DNA of 33,051 nucleotides. Source: Octopus sinensis (lineage: Eukaryota). A program made the position numbers and the translations under genes. Below, one piece after another: positions 21,468 through 33,051 of the stretch. Position 1 is the first letter of the stretch, and every line of letters begins with the position of its first letter. The notes under the pieces were generated by a model. That model saw nothing but the letters and a program-made list of their open reading frames with translations, was not told where the DNA came from and made no database searches. Location: the NCBI RefSeq assembly GCF_006345805.1, contig NW_021832110.1:1-33051 (forward strand), written 5' to 3'.

Positions 21468-21952
21468 TTGAGTTGTGGGGTATCGCCCGAGTGGAATTAT
21501 ATACGAAAGAAGGTTTGAAAATGCAATTTAAAAGATGTTTATTTACTTAACCGGTTTCACTCTTTGGTAAAAGATTGTCAAAAGTAACATTGAATAATAT
21601 GGGCACAAAAAAGTTTTTTACATAATTGTCACATTGAATATTATGAATTCAAAAATGTTTTTTTATACATAATTTTCACATTACATGTATAAATATAGTG
21701 TTTGGTAACAGAGAAATTCAATAGTGTGATGAGAATATTTGGAAAAATTGGCAGAAAAGAATAAAACAAATATTATTGGAAATTTGGTTGCGTTAATTAT
21801 TGGTTGTCGCAAATTGTCACATTACATGTATATATATACAGCCTTTGGTAGAAAGGACATGTTAAAGACACAAGAAAGTGCAATAGTTTGGTGAGAAAAT
21901 TTGTAATATTGACAGAAAAAATGGATATTTTATACATCTCAGAATATTTTGA

Positions 21953-22065
21953 GTTGAAGGCGAGAATTTGTTTTTATTGACCTGTTGGCTTTAGCAGAAA
22001 AGTTGAATTGAGAGAAAAAAATGTTGTACCCAACAGGTCAGTAAAAACAAATTCTCGCCTTCAAC
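21953..22065. repeat. 36-bp inverted repeat (35/36 match) with 41-nt spacer
   Basis: Arms at 21953-21988 and 22030-22065. Confidence 0.92.
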
Positions 22066-22096
22066 ACACACACACACACACCACACACACACACAT

Positions 22097-22515
22097 ATAT
22101 AAATGAACGCAATGAATATCTGATTCATAATATTTGTTCTCATGATTGTGTGGTGTTTGTAGCGATGATAATTCTCCCTATGACTGCCGACAGATACATC
22201 AGAGAAAGCCGTCTGACGACCTTATAAAGGGAAAGTGAAAGGGAGTTGAGGGGAATACATTAAATAACGGGAGTGGACATTGTCAACGTTATGAATGAAG
22301 GGGAGTAAGAGAGGGAAAGGAGGAAATAACGTGAGTGAGGATGATGGCCCCTAGCAACCACACCTTTTAAGCTAGGGATTTCTAAGGTAGCCCACGAGCA
22401 TCGTCACCTCATTCTACATGTCCCTGTAAATTTTGGAGCGAATAGGACGGGTCGTAGTGGCATTGAAAGCAACCCAAGGGGTAAAAACGCATTTCAGTTA
22501 TATATATATAGTAGA
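22097..22515 (-). repeat. ~400-bp dispersed repeat, copy 2, beginning TCTACTATATA on the minus strand
   Basis: Inverted copy of 13517-13918; the minus-strand start A/TCTACTATATATATATAACTG resembles a Helitron 5' end. Confidence 0.8.
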
Positions 22516-22542
22516 TATATATAAATGAATCAAATAAACGTC

Positions 22543-22778
22543 CAAGGCTGTGAAAGATTTCAGAACATTTATAGAGAGGTCTTCCAGCTGTTCCAGGGAT
22601 ATTTTATATATCCTTTCATCGAAGACAGTGTGAGAAAATGGTTAAGCAATAGTTATTCTAGAATACCTATTGCTTAACCATCTTCTCGCACCGTCTCCGA
22701 TGAAGAGATACATAAATATCCCGGAAACAGCTGTAACATCTTCTCTTTAGAAATGTTCTTAAATCTTTCACAGCCTTG
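22543..22778. repeat. ~236-bp imperfect palindrome with a decayed hammerhead-like motif in each arm
   Basis: CAAGGCTGTGAAAGATTT pairs with AAATCTTTCACAGCCTTG; the centre is TGGTTAAGCAATAG...TATTCTAGAATA...CTATTGCTTAACCA. Confidence 0.88.
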
Positions 22779-22917
22779 CATTTTTATTTCCTTCTGTTAA
22801 TTTTATACATATAGATGTTAAAATATGACCAACGTTGGACTCCTCATTTGCATGTCCATAGCACTTACTCAGCTTTCACTCACACATTTGGTTCTCCTTG
22901 ACAACATTACATCTCAT

Positions 22918-22958
<41 letters not shown>

Positions 22959-23079
22959 ATAGTAGTAGTTGTAGTAACACAAAAGAGGAATTTCGATTAC
23001 CCCCACGTGGTGAGGTGTCATATATATAAGAAATTAAAAAAGGAAAATACGCACACTTACATAGTTTTAATATAATTTT

Positions 23080-23970
23080 TAATATATTGACCGGTTTCGA
23101 TATCGCTATTCATGATATTATATTTTACTTATTTGAATATATATTTTTTCTTAGAAAGAAATTTTGTCCATGTTGTGTTTGATGAAATTCACGAGTGAAT
23201 GACTTCACAAGTGGATAAATAAAGGGAGGTTATTGGTTGTCGTTATTCATGTTATTGTTGTGGGTAAGGGAGATAACGGTTCAGCTTTCGGTAATGGGTG
23301 CGGATTATATAGGAGTACAGACAGACAAGTTTCAAAAACCTAGTTTAGTAGTCGGTTTATGTACAGTGATGTATTCGTGAATTGAAATATATAAAAAGAT
23401 AACAGTTGGTTATGCGTGGATATTAAGGCGTTTTCTTGTATTTTCAATGAAAAAAGTTTCTTTATTTAAACGCTCTAGTTGAGAGATTGCGTCTTTGCAC
23501 TGGTAAAAAGGGAAGAGTGTGAAATTTGGTTTGATGTTACCTGCACATGTTTCTATATGTTCACTGAAAGGAATTTGTCTGTATTCCGGGAAACGGATTT
23601 GCCCTTTATTTAGAGTGGTTCTCTTTCTCAAGGTCATACTCGTTTGTCCAATATAGTGGTGTCCTCAACCCGAGCAGGTTATTACATGAATTAGGTTCTC
23701 AGATGCACAAGTGAAACTAGTTTTAATTGTGAACCTCTGTCCTTGTTTGAAAAGTAAGTCCGAGCCTTCAAGCAGGTTGGGGCAGGTTTCACAGTTTGAG
23801 CGTCCATATTTTTCAACCGTTGGTTTTTTGGTTGCTTTGTAAAGCTTCGCGTTTGTTAGTAGTCTGGATCCCATCAGACACATCGATAAAGTTGTGTGTG
23901 AGTAAAGATTTTGAGTGTCATCTGACATGTAGTTATGCTGCCATCTAGTTGGGGAACGAATAAAATACAA
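23080..23970 (-). pseudogene. Second Penelope-like remnant: GIY-YIG endonuclease and 3' region
   Basis: CETCPNL...FTCASENLIHVITCSG, then LRKRTTLNKGQI...PFSEHIETC...FFIEN; homologous to the 17150-17420 remnant. Confidence 0.8.
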
Positions 23971-24158
23971 ATAAGACTGCAGACATGCAACATATTCAAA
24001 TATGAACGTGGAAGTCTTGTGTTCCTCTTTAGATAAAGTGACCTAATGAGCTTTCGCTTTCATAACTGCTTAGAGGGAAAAGAAATTAGTAGAAGAGAAA
24101 TATGAAAGAAAATAGGGAGAAGAGGAAAACGAATACTCAGTCAAAAATAAATGTAATT

Positions 24159-24240
24159 AGTGGAGATCTTATTCCTTGTCTCTCTGCAGTGGAGATCGTA
24201 TTCCTTGTCTCTCTGCAGTGGAGATCTTATTCCTTGTCAG
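24159..24240. repeat. 29-bp tandem repeat (AGTGGAGATC(T/G)TATTCCTTGTCTCTCTGC), about 2.8 copies
   Basis: Directly visible. Confidence 0.85.
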
Positions 24241-24839
24241 CCGTGTATACCTCTGTTCCTCACTTTGAGATGTTCTGTTTTTTTCGTAGTGCACAGTCTG
24301 TTCGTTTCTTGGTATGCTTCCCTTTCTGCAGCTGTCTCTCTTTCCCTGGACAGAGACATTCTTTTGGTTTTACCTTGACATTGTAGAAAAATTTGACACC
24401 TTCCTTCTAGGCATGGTTATACAGAAATACACGGCGAAGAAGATAGTAAACAATGAAAATAACTGGGTAACGAAAATTATATTTCTTAATACGACAAGCA
24501 GAACATTAACAAGATAGTTTTCCGGACAATAAAGAATTGTACGTGTTGAAGCGAAATTTGTTACTAACTGAACCAAAGTGCCAGTATCGAAGGAACCAGA
24601 AAAAAGCCATTAACAACACATAAGCAAAAAACCGGCGCAAAAGTAAATAATAAATTTTTAGGGAAATTAACTATGTGCGCGGGTTTAAGTGAAATGTTTT
24701 AAGTTACTCCTGTCAGTAAATTATGAACTTACATTTAACAGTAATTCCGTCAACAACAACAAAAAGAAAACACAAAACGTTGCAAAAGTAAATAAGAAAT
24801 TTACCGAAGTGTACGGATTGAAGTGGAATTTATGACGTT

Positions 24840-26330
24840 ACAGCCCCCGGGAACATCTGCAGAAATAGAAAGATTCCAGCATCTCACCTCAAACTTTTAT
24901 TTCCAATGTCTTTAATGACTGCATCAGCGATCCCTTTCTGCTCGTTGGTAAGGGTTGCAATGAGTGGGTGGTTCATGTCATCTTTCTGCTCAACCCGTTA
25001 CATTCCAATTGGTACAAGCAAGCTAATATTAAACCAGCTAACGCCATTTTCAATAAACACAGAATTTATGGAGTGTAGAGTCTGCATTCAGCACTCGCTG
25101 AGCATAATCTTCCATCATAGAATTCTTGTCAGTATTCCACAGGCGAAGAACATTGGAAGAATTTGAATAGGTGCAGAGGACAGCAAACGTGATACGCAAC
25201 TGAAATGGCATCCGACACGCAGTAGCTTCAAGTATAGTATGCTCCAAACCCTCATCTTTTTGGAGGAGACCAACTCATATGTACGCATCTTTAAATGTTG
25301 CATAGATTTCACCTCCTACACTGCTCACTTCTCAAAGCGCTTAGCACCTGGAACATCCAAAATACCAATTTTGAATAAATTTTTTTTACGTCCTTAAGGT
25401 TTTCAGGGTGCAGTTATTTCATTGATAGGGGAAAATTGTAGCGACTTATATATCCCGTTCTTTTGAAACGTATTTCACACTTTCGTAATTGTACATTTTC
25501 ACTCCTGGCACCTCCAATCTCTTGTTGTTAAATTAAGTGCATGTTCCCATATAACTCAGCCTAAGGATTTACTTGTTGCACATGACACCCATTCTTTGAG
25601 AAGAGCTTTGGGAGTTCTGACTTGCTTCCACTCTGCGATGCATTAATAATATACAACTGACTGTACTGCAGGTGACCATTGACAGTTCGTAGTGTTGTGC
25701 GAAGTTTGGCCCTGAATACGTTCTATATCCTGGTATTGGATATATAATTTAACGAAGCTGTTTACACGACGCAATACGATTACTATTACATGAGACTCGA
25801 CGCTCTCTGCCAACGGATCATAGGGAAATGCTTACCAATCAATTGTTCACAATCAATTGCTTACGACTAGACAGTTCTCCATGTAATGGAAATGTGTCAG
25901 ACCACTTTTAGTCACTTGTAATGTTGTCAGAATCTTTCCACAGCATATCCCCTTTATAGAATTAGTCTCCCCTAAATTCTCCACTTGAGAATTAAAGTCA
26001 CTCAGAGTTTTAATATCTCTTATGCTTAGGGCTCAATTCTTGTTTCCGTTCTTTTCGTTTTCAGGTGCTAGAACGTGTAATTGCAAATTGTTTCTGTGCT
26101 GGTACCTCAAACGTGTCGTGCAATACTTTCATGAGAAATTCACTTCTTTGTCTGATTTTTCCTTGAATCAGGTTTTAAGTTGGTTAATAAGTCTTTTATG
26201 TTCGATAATTGTTTTTACCTTTTACCAGGAATATCATTCTTGCAATTTATATAACAATTGTACCATCCTCCCAGCCTTGTTTAATATATGTATAGTTCTT
26301 TAATAAAGTTTGTCAGCTAACTTGAAGAAT
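24840..26330 (-). pseudogene. Decayed Helitron RepHel fragment (Rep C-terminal half to start of helicase)
   Basis: Degenerate HUH-like YQHRNNLQLHVL, PYDP...SHV, EIYATFKDA...GLLQ, HTILEATACRMPFQLRITFA...LW...MMED, LTNEQK and a DVPGG Walker-A remnant, in RepHel order. Confidence 0.7.
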
Positions 26331-26339
26331 TTTGAAATA

Positions 26340-29300
26340 TTATTCCTTTTTTTTTTTATTTTCACTCGGTATCGGCTGATCAAAGATGGATCTGATTATT
26401 CTAACAAACATCAAATATCTTTGTAACCAGAGATGTTTGCTTTCTACATTTATGCACTTCAGACCACGTTGAAAAACAGTCCCCCACAACAAAGTGATAT
26501 GAAACCTTAAGTGATTTTGGCCACGGGTGCCATTTTGTGACGGGTGTATTTGGAGCTAGAGAACAGCGTATTGCATACTATCACTATATCTTCAATGTTA
26601 CAGTCCGTTGTTGGCCAGTATACCTAACTTCTCATTAACGATTTCATTATTGAAATCCCTTTGACTCAATATGAAATTCCTTTAGTAATTGCTTTTGTAG
26701 TGTGGCTGGCACTACGACTCTTTGTGCATACATCAGCACATTGTCACACCTTGTGATAGGCTCGAATATCTTTTATCTCTTTTACCCTTTTGCATTTCTT
26801 TCATTTTTTAATGAATATATCGTTTCCCAATTGTAATTTTATATCTTGTAAGGTAAATAGCAGTTCACGCATGGAGTTATACCGTTTGCTTTTAATTTCA
26901 TTTTCTATTCGCAAAGTAGCAATCACGGTATCTTCAAATGGTTCAGCATTTTCTGAAATCTGTCTTGATAAACAATTAGCGTGTCCTAATTATTTAGATG
27001 GTATATACTCTATCTTAAATTCATAGCTTAATAATACAGTACCCCAGCGTTGCAGCCTATTAGCAGTACGGCTAGATCTTTATTTCTTTTACTCTTGTAC
27101 TGATAATAACGGACGATGATCTGTCTGTATTCAAAAACTTCTGCCGTGTAAAAATCTATGCAATTCTTTACGGCAAAAATAATTAGAAGAGCCTCTTTTT
27201 TGATTTGGCTGTGATTTTTTTCTGCTGATATCAAGAACCACCGCCTTCATGTTACCATATTTTTATTTATGTAGCATTACTGCGCCAATACAGTATTCAG
27301 AGGCATCTGAAGTTACAACATTCTCCGCTACAGAATCGAAGCGTGCTAACAACAAATCAGATGTTAATATTTTAAAATTTCGTCGAATTCCCTATGACAA
27401 TTTTCAGAGCAATTTCAATTGACATTTTTTAAATACATAATCTACTGTAACACTTACCCTATGCATATTGAGAATATGATTTTGGTCATAATTTGCCTGT
27501 CTCCAAAGCAATCATGTAAGGTCGTCATATTTGTCGGAGGGGGCATGTATTTAATTGCGTCTGCCTTCAACGGATCTGGTCCTCGTCCATTTCTTTCAAT
27601 TTTATTTTCGGTAATAAAAAAATTCACGCTTTCTTTTTCAATGTAATACCTAATTTTTTCGAACATATATATTACTTGCTCTACATGTTGATCCCGTGAT
27701 TAGCTTTTAATGAGTATATCATCCAGATATGGAAATGCAAATTTACTATCGCTAACACTGCATCCATAAGCTGTTAAAAAATCGGTGTGACATTAAAGAC
27801 ATATAATAACCTGTTGTATATATATATATATGCGTTAAGTTTTAGGTATTTATAGCATTCATCGTCTACGCTAATATGTAGGCACGCGTCGGAGACATCC
27901 AATTAAGAAAATACCTTGTGGAAAGTTTTAAGACACTTATTTAAACCAGTGGAAAAAATCAGCATACACTCTGATTTTGTTTATTTGTTTCTAACGCTGC
28001 AAAAGCTTATCTGTTCCAACGATGCAAAAGTTACAGATCGCTTATATTTAAATACCGGTTTGGCATTTACTTTTACTTGGAACTTCGTTTTTGTTGTGAT
28101 ACTGAGATCTAATTTATCAGAAAGAACTTCAAGAAAAATCTTTTAAAATTATTTCTACAAATCGTCTGACGATTCATTTGTATTGGCAAGAAAATCATTC
28201 ACATTTTTACTGAAAAGATTTAAGGGGAGTTCCCATAAGTTAAACAATTCTATTCAGTGTTCCGAATAAATTTGTGATATCTTTGGTTTTTAAGGTTTTC
28301 CTACGAAATGGGACGTGATTTATCATTACACCATTAAAATGTAATTATTTTCCTGAAACACCACCTACAATTTTCGAAATGTCTTTTAATCTAGGAATTC
28401 TGTTTTTTTGTATGTATCTGTGTTAATTATCGAGATATAACTGCCTTTATCTAGTTGCACCTTTACGTACACAAATTTTTTTTTGAGGCTGTTCGTTTTT
28501 TGGTCACCGATAACCTGTTTTCGTGTTTTCTTTCTGTTGAAATGTTTTCCAGGTTTGTTCTACAGTGTGATTGTTTATGATCTCTCTTGCCACATTTGAC
28601 GCCTTTTATATTTTTAATCGGGCTGTTACTTTTAAAATGTTGACCACCGCACCGACAATATGGATTCCATCTTGACATTTTTTCTCTTATTTCTTATCCG
28701 TGACGCTGGAGACACTGGAATATGAGAGCAATCTTTTTCTTCAATTTCGTTTTGGGCGTCGCTTTCTTCATTTTTTTCTGCGTCGTCTTTCCTGACATTC
28801 TTCTACTTCTGTCTGTAGAGTTACTTTTTGTCCAGTTCTAATTTTGTTGACATCCGTGAACATATATCTCCATCTTTGCTTGCAGTTAGGCCTTAAACCA
28901 AAAATATAAAATTGAACATCATCTTAATTCATATAATTTGAATTATTTACACTTTCCGTTAACAGCCTCGGCACAGGTGACGAAATCTTCATGTTTTTGG
29001 ACAAAATATAAAAACTATCCTCAAGTATTTAGCAGAGAACTTCTTTCACTGAAACGTTTAGATAAAATTTCGTATTTTGGATTTTAAACGGGCAGTTACT
29101 TTTAAAATGTAGACCACAACATGGACTCCTTCTTGACATTTTTTGTCTTATATCTGGTCCGTTACGGTGGAGACACTGGAATATGAGAGCAATCTTTTTC
29201 TTCATTTTTTTCTGCGTCGAGTCCCCTGGCATTTTTCTGCTTCTGTCTGTAGAGTTAATTTTTATCCAGTTCTAAATCATTTGATAAAATATTAATAGTT

Positions 29301-29830
29301 TTTATTGAAACAAATCTCACCTGACTTCTTCGGCAGAATATAAATACTATATTTTTTTGTATTTGGCAAAGGGATACCTGTCTTACAAAGTAGTCGTACT
29401 ATTTTTCCTCTCAGATCAATTTTTAAATTCTTCTTTGAGAATTCTTCGTATCTACGAAATTATGCAGAGAAGGTAATCCCATCTTCTGGAGTATAACTGA
29501 ATACTTCAATAGAGATTGCTACGCTGTCTGGCAAGTTCACGCCTGAAATATTTTTAGCCTTCTTTAACATTGATTCCAGCAACTCTTGGTTTTGTTGTTG
29601 TTGCTGTTGTAGTTGCTCTTGTTGTTGTTACTATTGTTGCTGTTGCAACTGCACCACAGACGCCAATAAGCCTTCTATCTTAAACGATTTTTCTTTGGTT
29701 TCATACCCATCCCAAACAAATTTAAACATCCAACGCAAACTTCGAAGAACTCTTCGCCACTTTTATACCCTGGTTTGGAACATATGATTTTAGTAATCAG
29801 GGGGAAAGAAAGTGTTTACACGATGCGACA
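26340..29830 (-). mobile_element. Decayed Ty3/Gypsy LTR retrotransposon (gag and pol remnants)
   Basis: Gag-like FSYTPEDGITFSA.FRRYEE and CCHC-derived CRCGGQHFKSN/KCGKRDHKQSHC; RT YLDDILIKS and PDPLKADAIKYMPPPTN; RNase H SQIKKEALLIIFAVK; PBS-like TGGCG on the minus strand near 29665. No intact LTR pair found. Confidence 0.78.
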
Positions 29831-29879
29831 CGATTACCCAACGCTCTCTGTCAATGGCTCACAGTGAACTATTTACCAA

Positions 29880-30830
29880 TTAATTGCTGAAGACTCGACA
29901 GTTGTCTATTTAATAGGAATGTGTCAGTACCCTTCCAGTCAATTGGAAGGTGGTTGGAATCCTTCCACAACAATACAGAAACAATGTAGACCTCTTCCTT
30001 GCGGCACAGAGAGTGTCACACCAAATGACGTAAAGGAAGATATGCAGTTGTAATTGCTGATGTTTTTTTTCGAAATGAAGCAGACTCTTGGTAATTTTCT
30101 CAGACAAACGCTTCAATGTCTGAAAGTTTAGTTGCAGTGGAGAAAAATTCACTTTATTATTGTGACAGGACAATGAAGTTTTCATATTTAAAGTTCAGTG
30201 CTCCACAATACTCGCAATATAAGTACATATCACCAATACGATAGGTTCGTTTAGGATTATTGTGTCTGTTCTGTGGTAGTCCATGTCTTGCTTCACGCTT
30301 TCGTTGCACCTGTTCATCTCGCAAACGTAACGCCTGTTCAGCATTCATACTTGCAACTCCATCTTGATGTCTCTTTGTTTGACCTTGGAGACAAGCAGCC
30401 CTTTCCAAATCATCCATATTCTCCCTTCTCTGTTACATTACGCTTTTCTGTTGGTCCTGATACTGCGCACGCTGCATATCATTCATGTTTTCCATTCTCC
30501 GCTGAAATATCAATCTTTGTTGTTCCTTGTACTGTGTTTGTTCTTCTTCATCCTGTCTTCTACCTTGGTCTCGCATTCTCTCTCATTACAACTGTGCCTT
30601 GCGTTGCTCTTCATCTATTGCAGATCGTCTCATCTGTTGGTACCATTTGTCCCTTTCTCTGGTTTCTTACCGCTGTTCTTCTCTTATTCGCTGCCCTTAG
30701 TGCCTAACCCTCTCGCTAGTCGCTTTTAATTTCCTTTAACTTTCCATTCTTCAGTCAAGTTTTGTAATTTGCTTATTTCATAAGCACAGCTTTGGAAAAA
30801 GGATCAAATAACCTTAAATTGCGAATTTCT
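29880..30830 (-). pseudogene. Decayed Helitron RepHel N-terminal region
   Basis: IGDMYLYCEYCGALNFKYE, CHNNKV, then HFEKNISNYN...FTSFGV...GRGLHCF pattern, preceded by a charged low-complexity N-terminus. Confidence 0.7.
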
Positions 30831-30984
30831 ATCTCACCCATAGCGGAAGCACTACCAACGGCGGCATGTATGAGAAGCAGTAACAACATTAATCGGGGTC
30901 TTGTAGAGATGGAATTTACTGTGTCCACCTTTATTTTAATTGAAATATATATATTTTAATTATAGTGTATATATTTCTTAATTG

Positions 30985-31021
<37 letters not shown>

Positions 31022-31789
31022 TCGTACATATGACACTGTAAATAAGTGTGAATATTTAGCAGAATTGCATTTATGAGCATGTGTTAAGTGAAAGGTGGTT
31101 TAAAATACTTAGTTCAATTCAAAAGTTACTTTGCATTATGGACTCACAATTACCACTACCACCACTACCACCGTCTCTCACTCCCCCTTTCTCTCATTTT
31201 CTCAGTTTATCTACCTATCTCTTTATCTACCTATCTGCCTTATTTTAATCTCACCATCAGAACATCACCGTTCTACTAAAATTATATTCGTAACCCTCCT
31301 CAATATCACGACTTTCATCTAACATTTTCTTCACGTAATAAATATTACGTTCCCCCTACCACAATGTTCTCTCCCTCTTTTTCTCCCTCGGTTTTTTCTC
31401 TCTCCCCTTTTCTCCCTCTCCCTCTCTTTCTGCCCCACTCTTCGACTTACTATCGTTTTCTCATTCCTTTTTCTTTCTCTTCGTCTCTCATTCCATTCAA
31501 CTAATCACGTGAAAGCATTACAGTCACGTTCCTTCTACCTAAGGTCATGGACATTTCACTTTCGCTCTTTTTCGTTCTCCCTCTTTTTCTCTAATCACGA
31601 GAAAGCGTTACCGACGGACAAATTAACATAATGACAAGCAGAATTATTATAAGATCAGAAATATTATATTTAAGTTTTCTTCATGACAGACTCCTTCGTT
31701 TCCTCCTTATTTTTTACATCATTCTTTTCTTCAGCTCCGACATTTTCTGCCACTTCACTTATTGTTGTTTTAATGTTGATGCTGTTGTT

Positions 31790-31903
31790 GTTGCTCATCA
31801 TCGTTATCATCGTAATCATCATCATCATCATCTTATTCTTCTTATCCTTCTTTTTCTATTTCTTCTTCTTTTTCTTCTTCTTCTTCTTCTTCTTCTTCTT
31901 CTT

Positions 31904-31945
<42 letters not shown>

Positions 31946-31957
31946 TTACCACTACTA

Positions 31958-31999
<42 letters not shown>

Positions 32000-32000
32000 T
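31790..32000. repeat. Compound trinucleotide microsatellite (CAT)n-(CTT)n-(CTA)n-(CTG)n
   Basis: Directly visible. Confidence 0.95.
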
Positions 32001-32353
32001 TGGTGTTGCGGTTTGGGCAACAAGACGGATAAGGGTGATTAGGTGATGATCTAGGGCTTAGGGGCGGGAGACTTTCTTTTGTGTTAGTCATCTTCTTCAT
32101 AATAAGATCACGATATGTCATCCAATGTCATTTCCACAAACTGAATGTCTCTCTTATCTTGTTTTTTACCCTCATTCTTCTACAATTCATATTGTCTTGC
32201 AATTTGTGTTTGCCTGTGTGTAAGAAAGTGGGAATATATGTGTGGGCTGGAAGTGAGTGTGTGCGTTCATACATCAGGGTTTGATAAGGTATATATAGGT
32301 GGATGTGTGTATGTACACACACGCACACACACACACACACCACACACACACAC

Positions 32354-32386
<33 letters not shown>

Positions 32387-32387
32387 T

Positions 32388-32866
32388 GTTGTTGTATTTA
32401 GGAATGGTCATTTTGCCATTTTAGCCAATAAAAACACACACACTATATATTTGGTATTACTTTGCTTCAGCGTTATTTATTTTTTACATTAAATTTAATC
32501 TTATTTCGGCCAGAGTTCTTTTGAACATATATAAACAGGAGATACAAATATTACAGGCACTCCCCCCCACACACACACTAACTAAACATAGACTCATATA
32601 GAGGTATACCCATGCGCAAATGAAGACACGTACAATAGGAATACAAAATACAAAATGGCTGATCGTTAGTAAGGAGAGACACACAAATATGAAAGAAGAA
32701 AGCAAAGGACTATTGATGAGGTCACTGGAGTGTGACGAAAGTACTTTGGTCGAAATAAGATTAATGTAAAAAATAAATACACCGAAGCACAATAACACCA
32801 AACATATAGTGCGTGTGTTTTATTGGCTAAACTGGCAAAATGACCATTCCTAAATACAGCAATATC
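32388..32866. repeat. ~130-bp inverted repeats flanking a ~220-bp spacer; decayed hammerhead at the inner end of the right arm
   Basis: TGTATTTAGGAATGGTCATTTTGCCA...TAAGATT arms at about 32388-32520 and 32738-32866. Confidence 0.85.
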
Positions 32867-32923
32867 TGTTTCAACACACGATTTAACATCAAAATTCTTG
32901 CAAATCAAATGCATAATCGTGTC

Positions 32924-32935
32924 TATATATATATA

Positions 32936-32967
<32 letters not shown>

Positions 32968-32988
32968 TATATTATATATATATATATT

Positions 32989-33034
<46 letters not shown>

Positions 33035-33051
33035 ATATTTATATATATATA
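32924..33051. repeat. (TA)n-rich tract running to the window end
   Basis: Directly visible. Confidence 0.95.

Noticed and set aside
29670-29830. Gypsy 5' LTR with TATA-like GTATAAAAG
   Set aside because: No matching second LTR or TSD was found, so it is left inside the element call rather than annotated separately.
31631-32492. Long ORFs with poly-Leu, Phe, Tyr, Cys, Ser or Arg
   Set aside because: They are translations of the compound trinucleotide and (CA)n microsatellites.

Overview
An AT-rich, microsatellite-dense eukaryotic window with no recognisable host gene; the SINE-like repeats resemble octopus/cephalopod families as I recall them (not verified). (1) 219-6462: an apparently intact two-ORF L1/Tx1-type LINE sitting inside a (TATC)n microsatellite. 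(2) 6958-12546: a non-coding ~481-bp tandem array, about 6.9 units in one orientation joined head-to-head to about 4.7 units in the other. Every unit carries a type I hammerhead ribozyme motif (CTGATGA...GAAA...TA cleavage site, 7-bp stem I), giving 12 motifs, and each monomer has nested long-range complementarity. This looks like a retrozyme-type (ribozyme-processed, potentially circular RNA) element, and the inverted junction and (TA)n flanks resemble a twin-primed insertion. This is the main finding. (3) 12.6-33 kb: decayed Penelope-like RT/GIY-YIG remnants, two Tc1/mariner remnants, Helitron RepHel fragments interrupted by a Ty3/Gypsy remnant, SINEs, palindromes carrying decayed minimal hammerheads, and many simple repeats. 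All structures were read by eye; no folding, alignment or database search was run.
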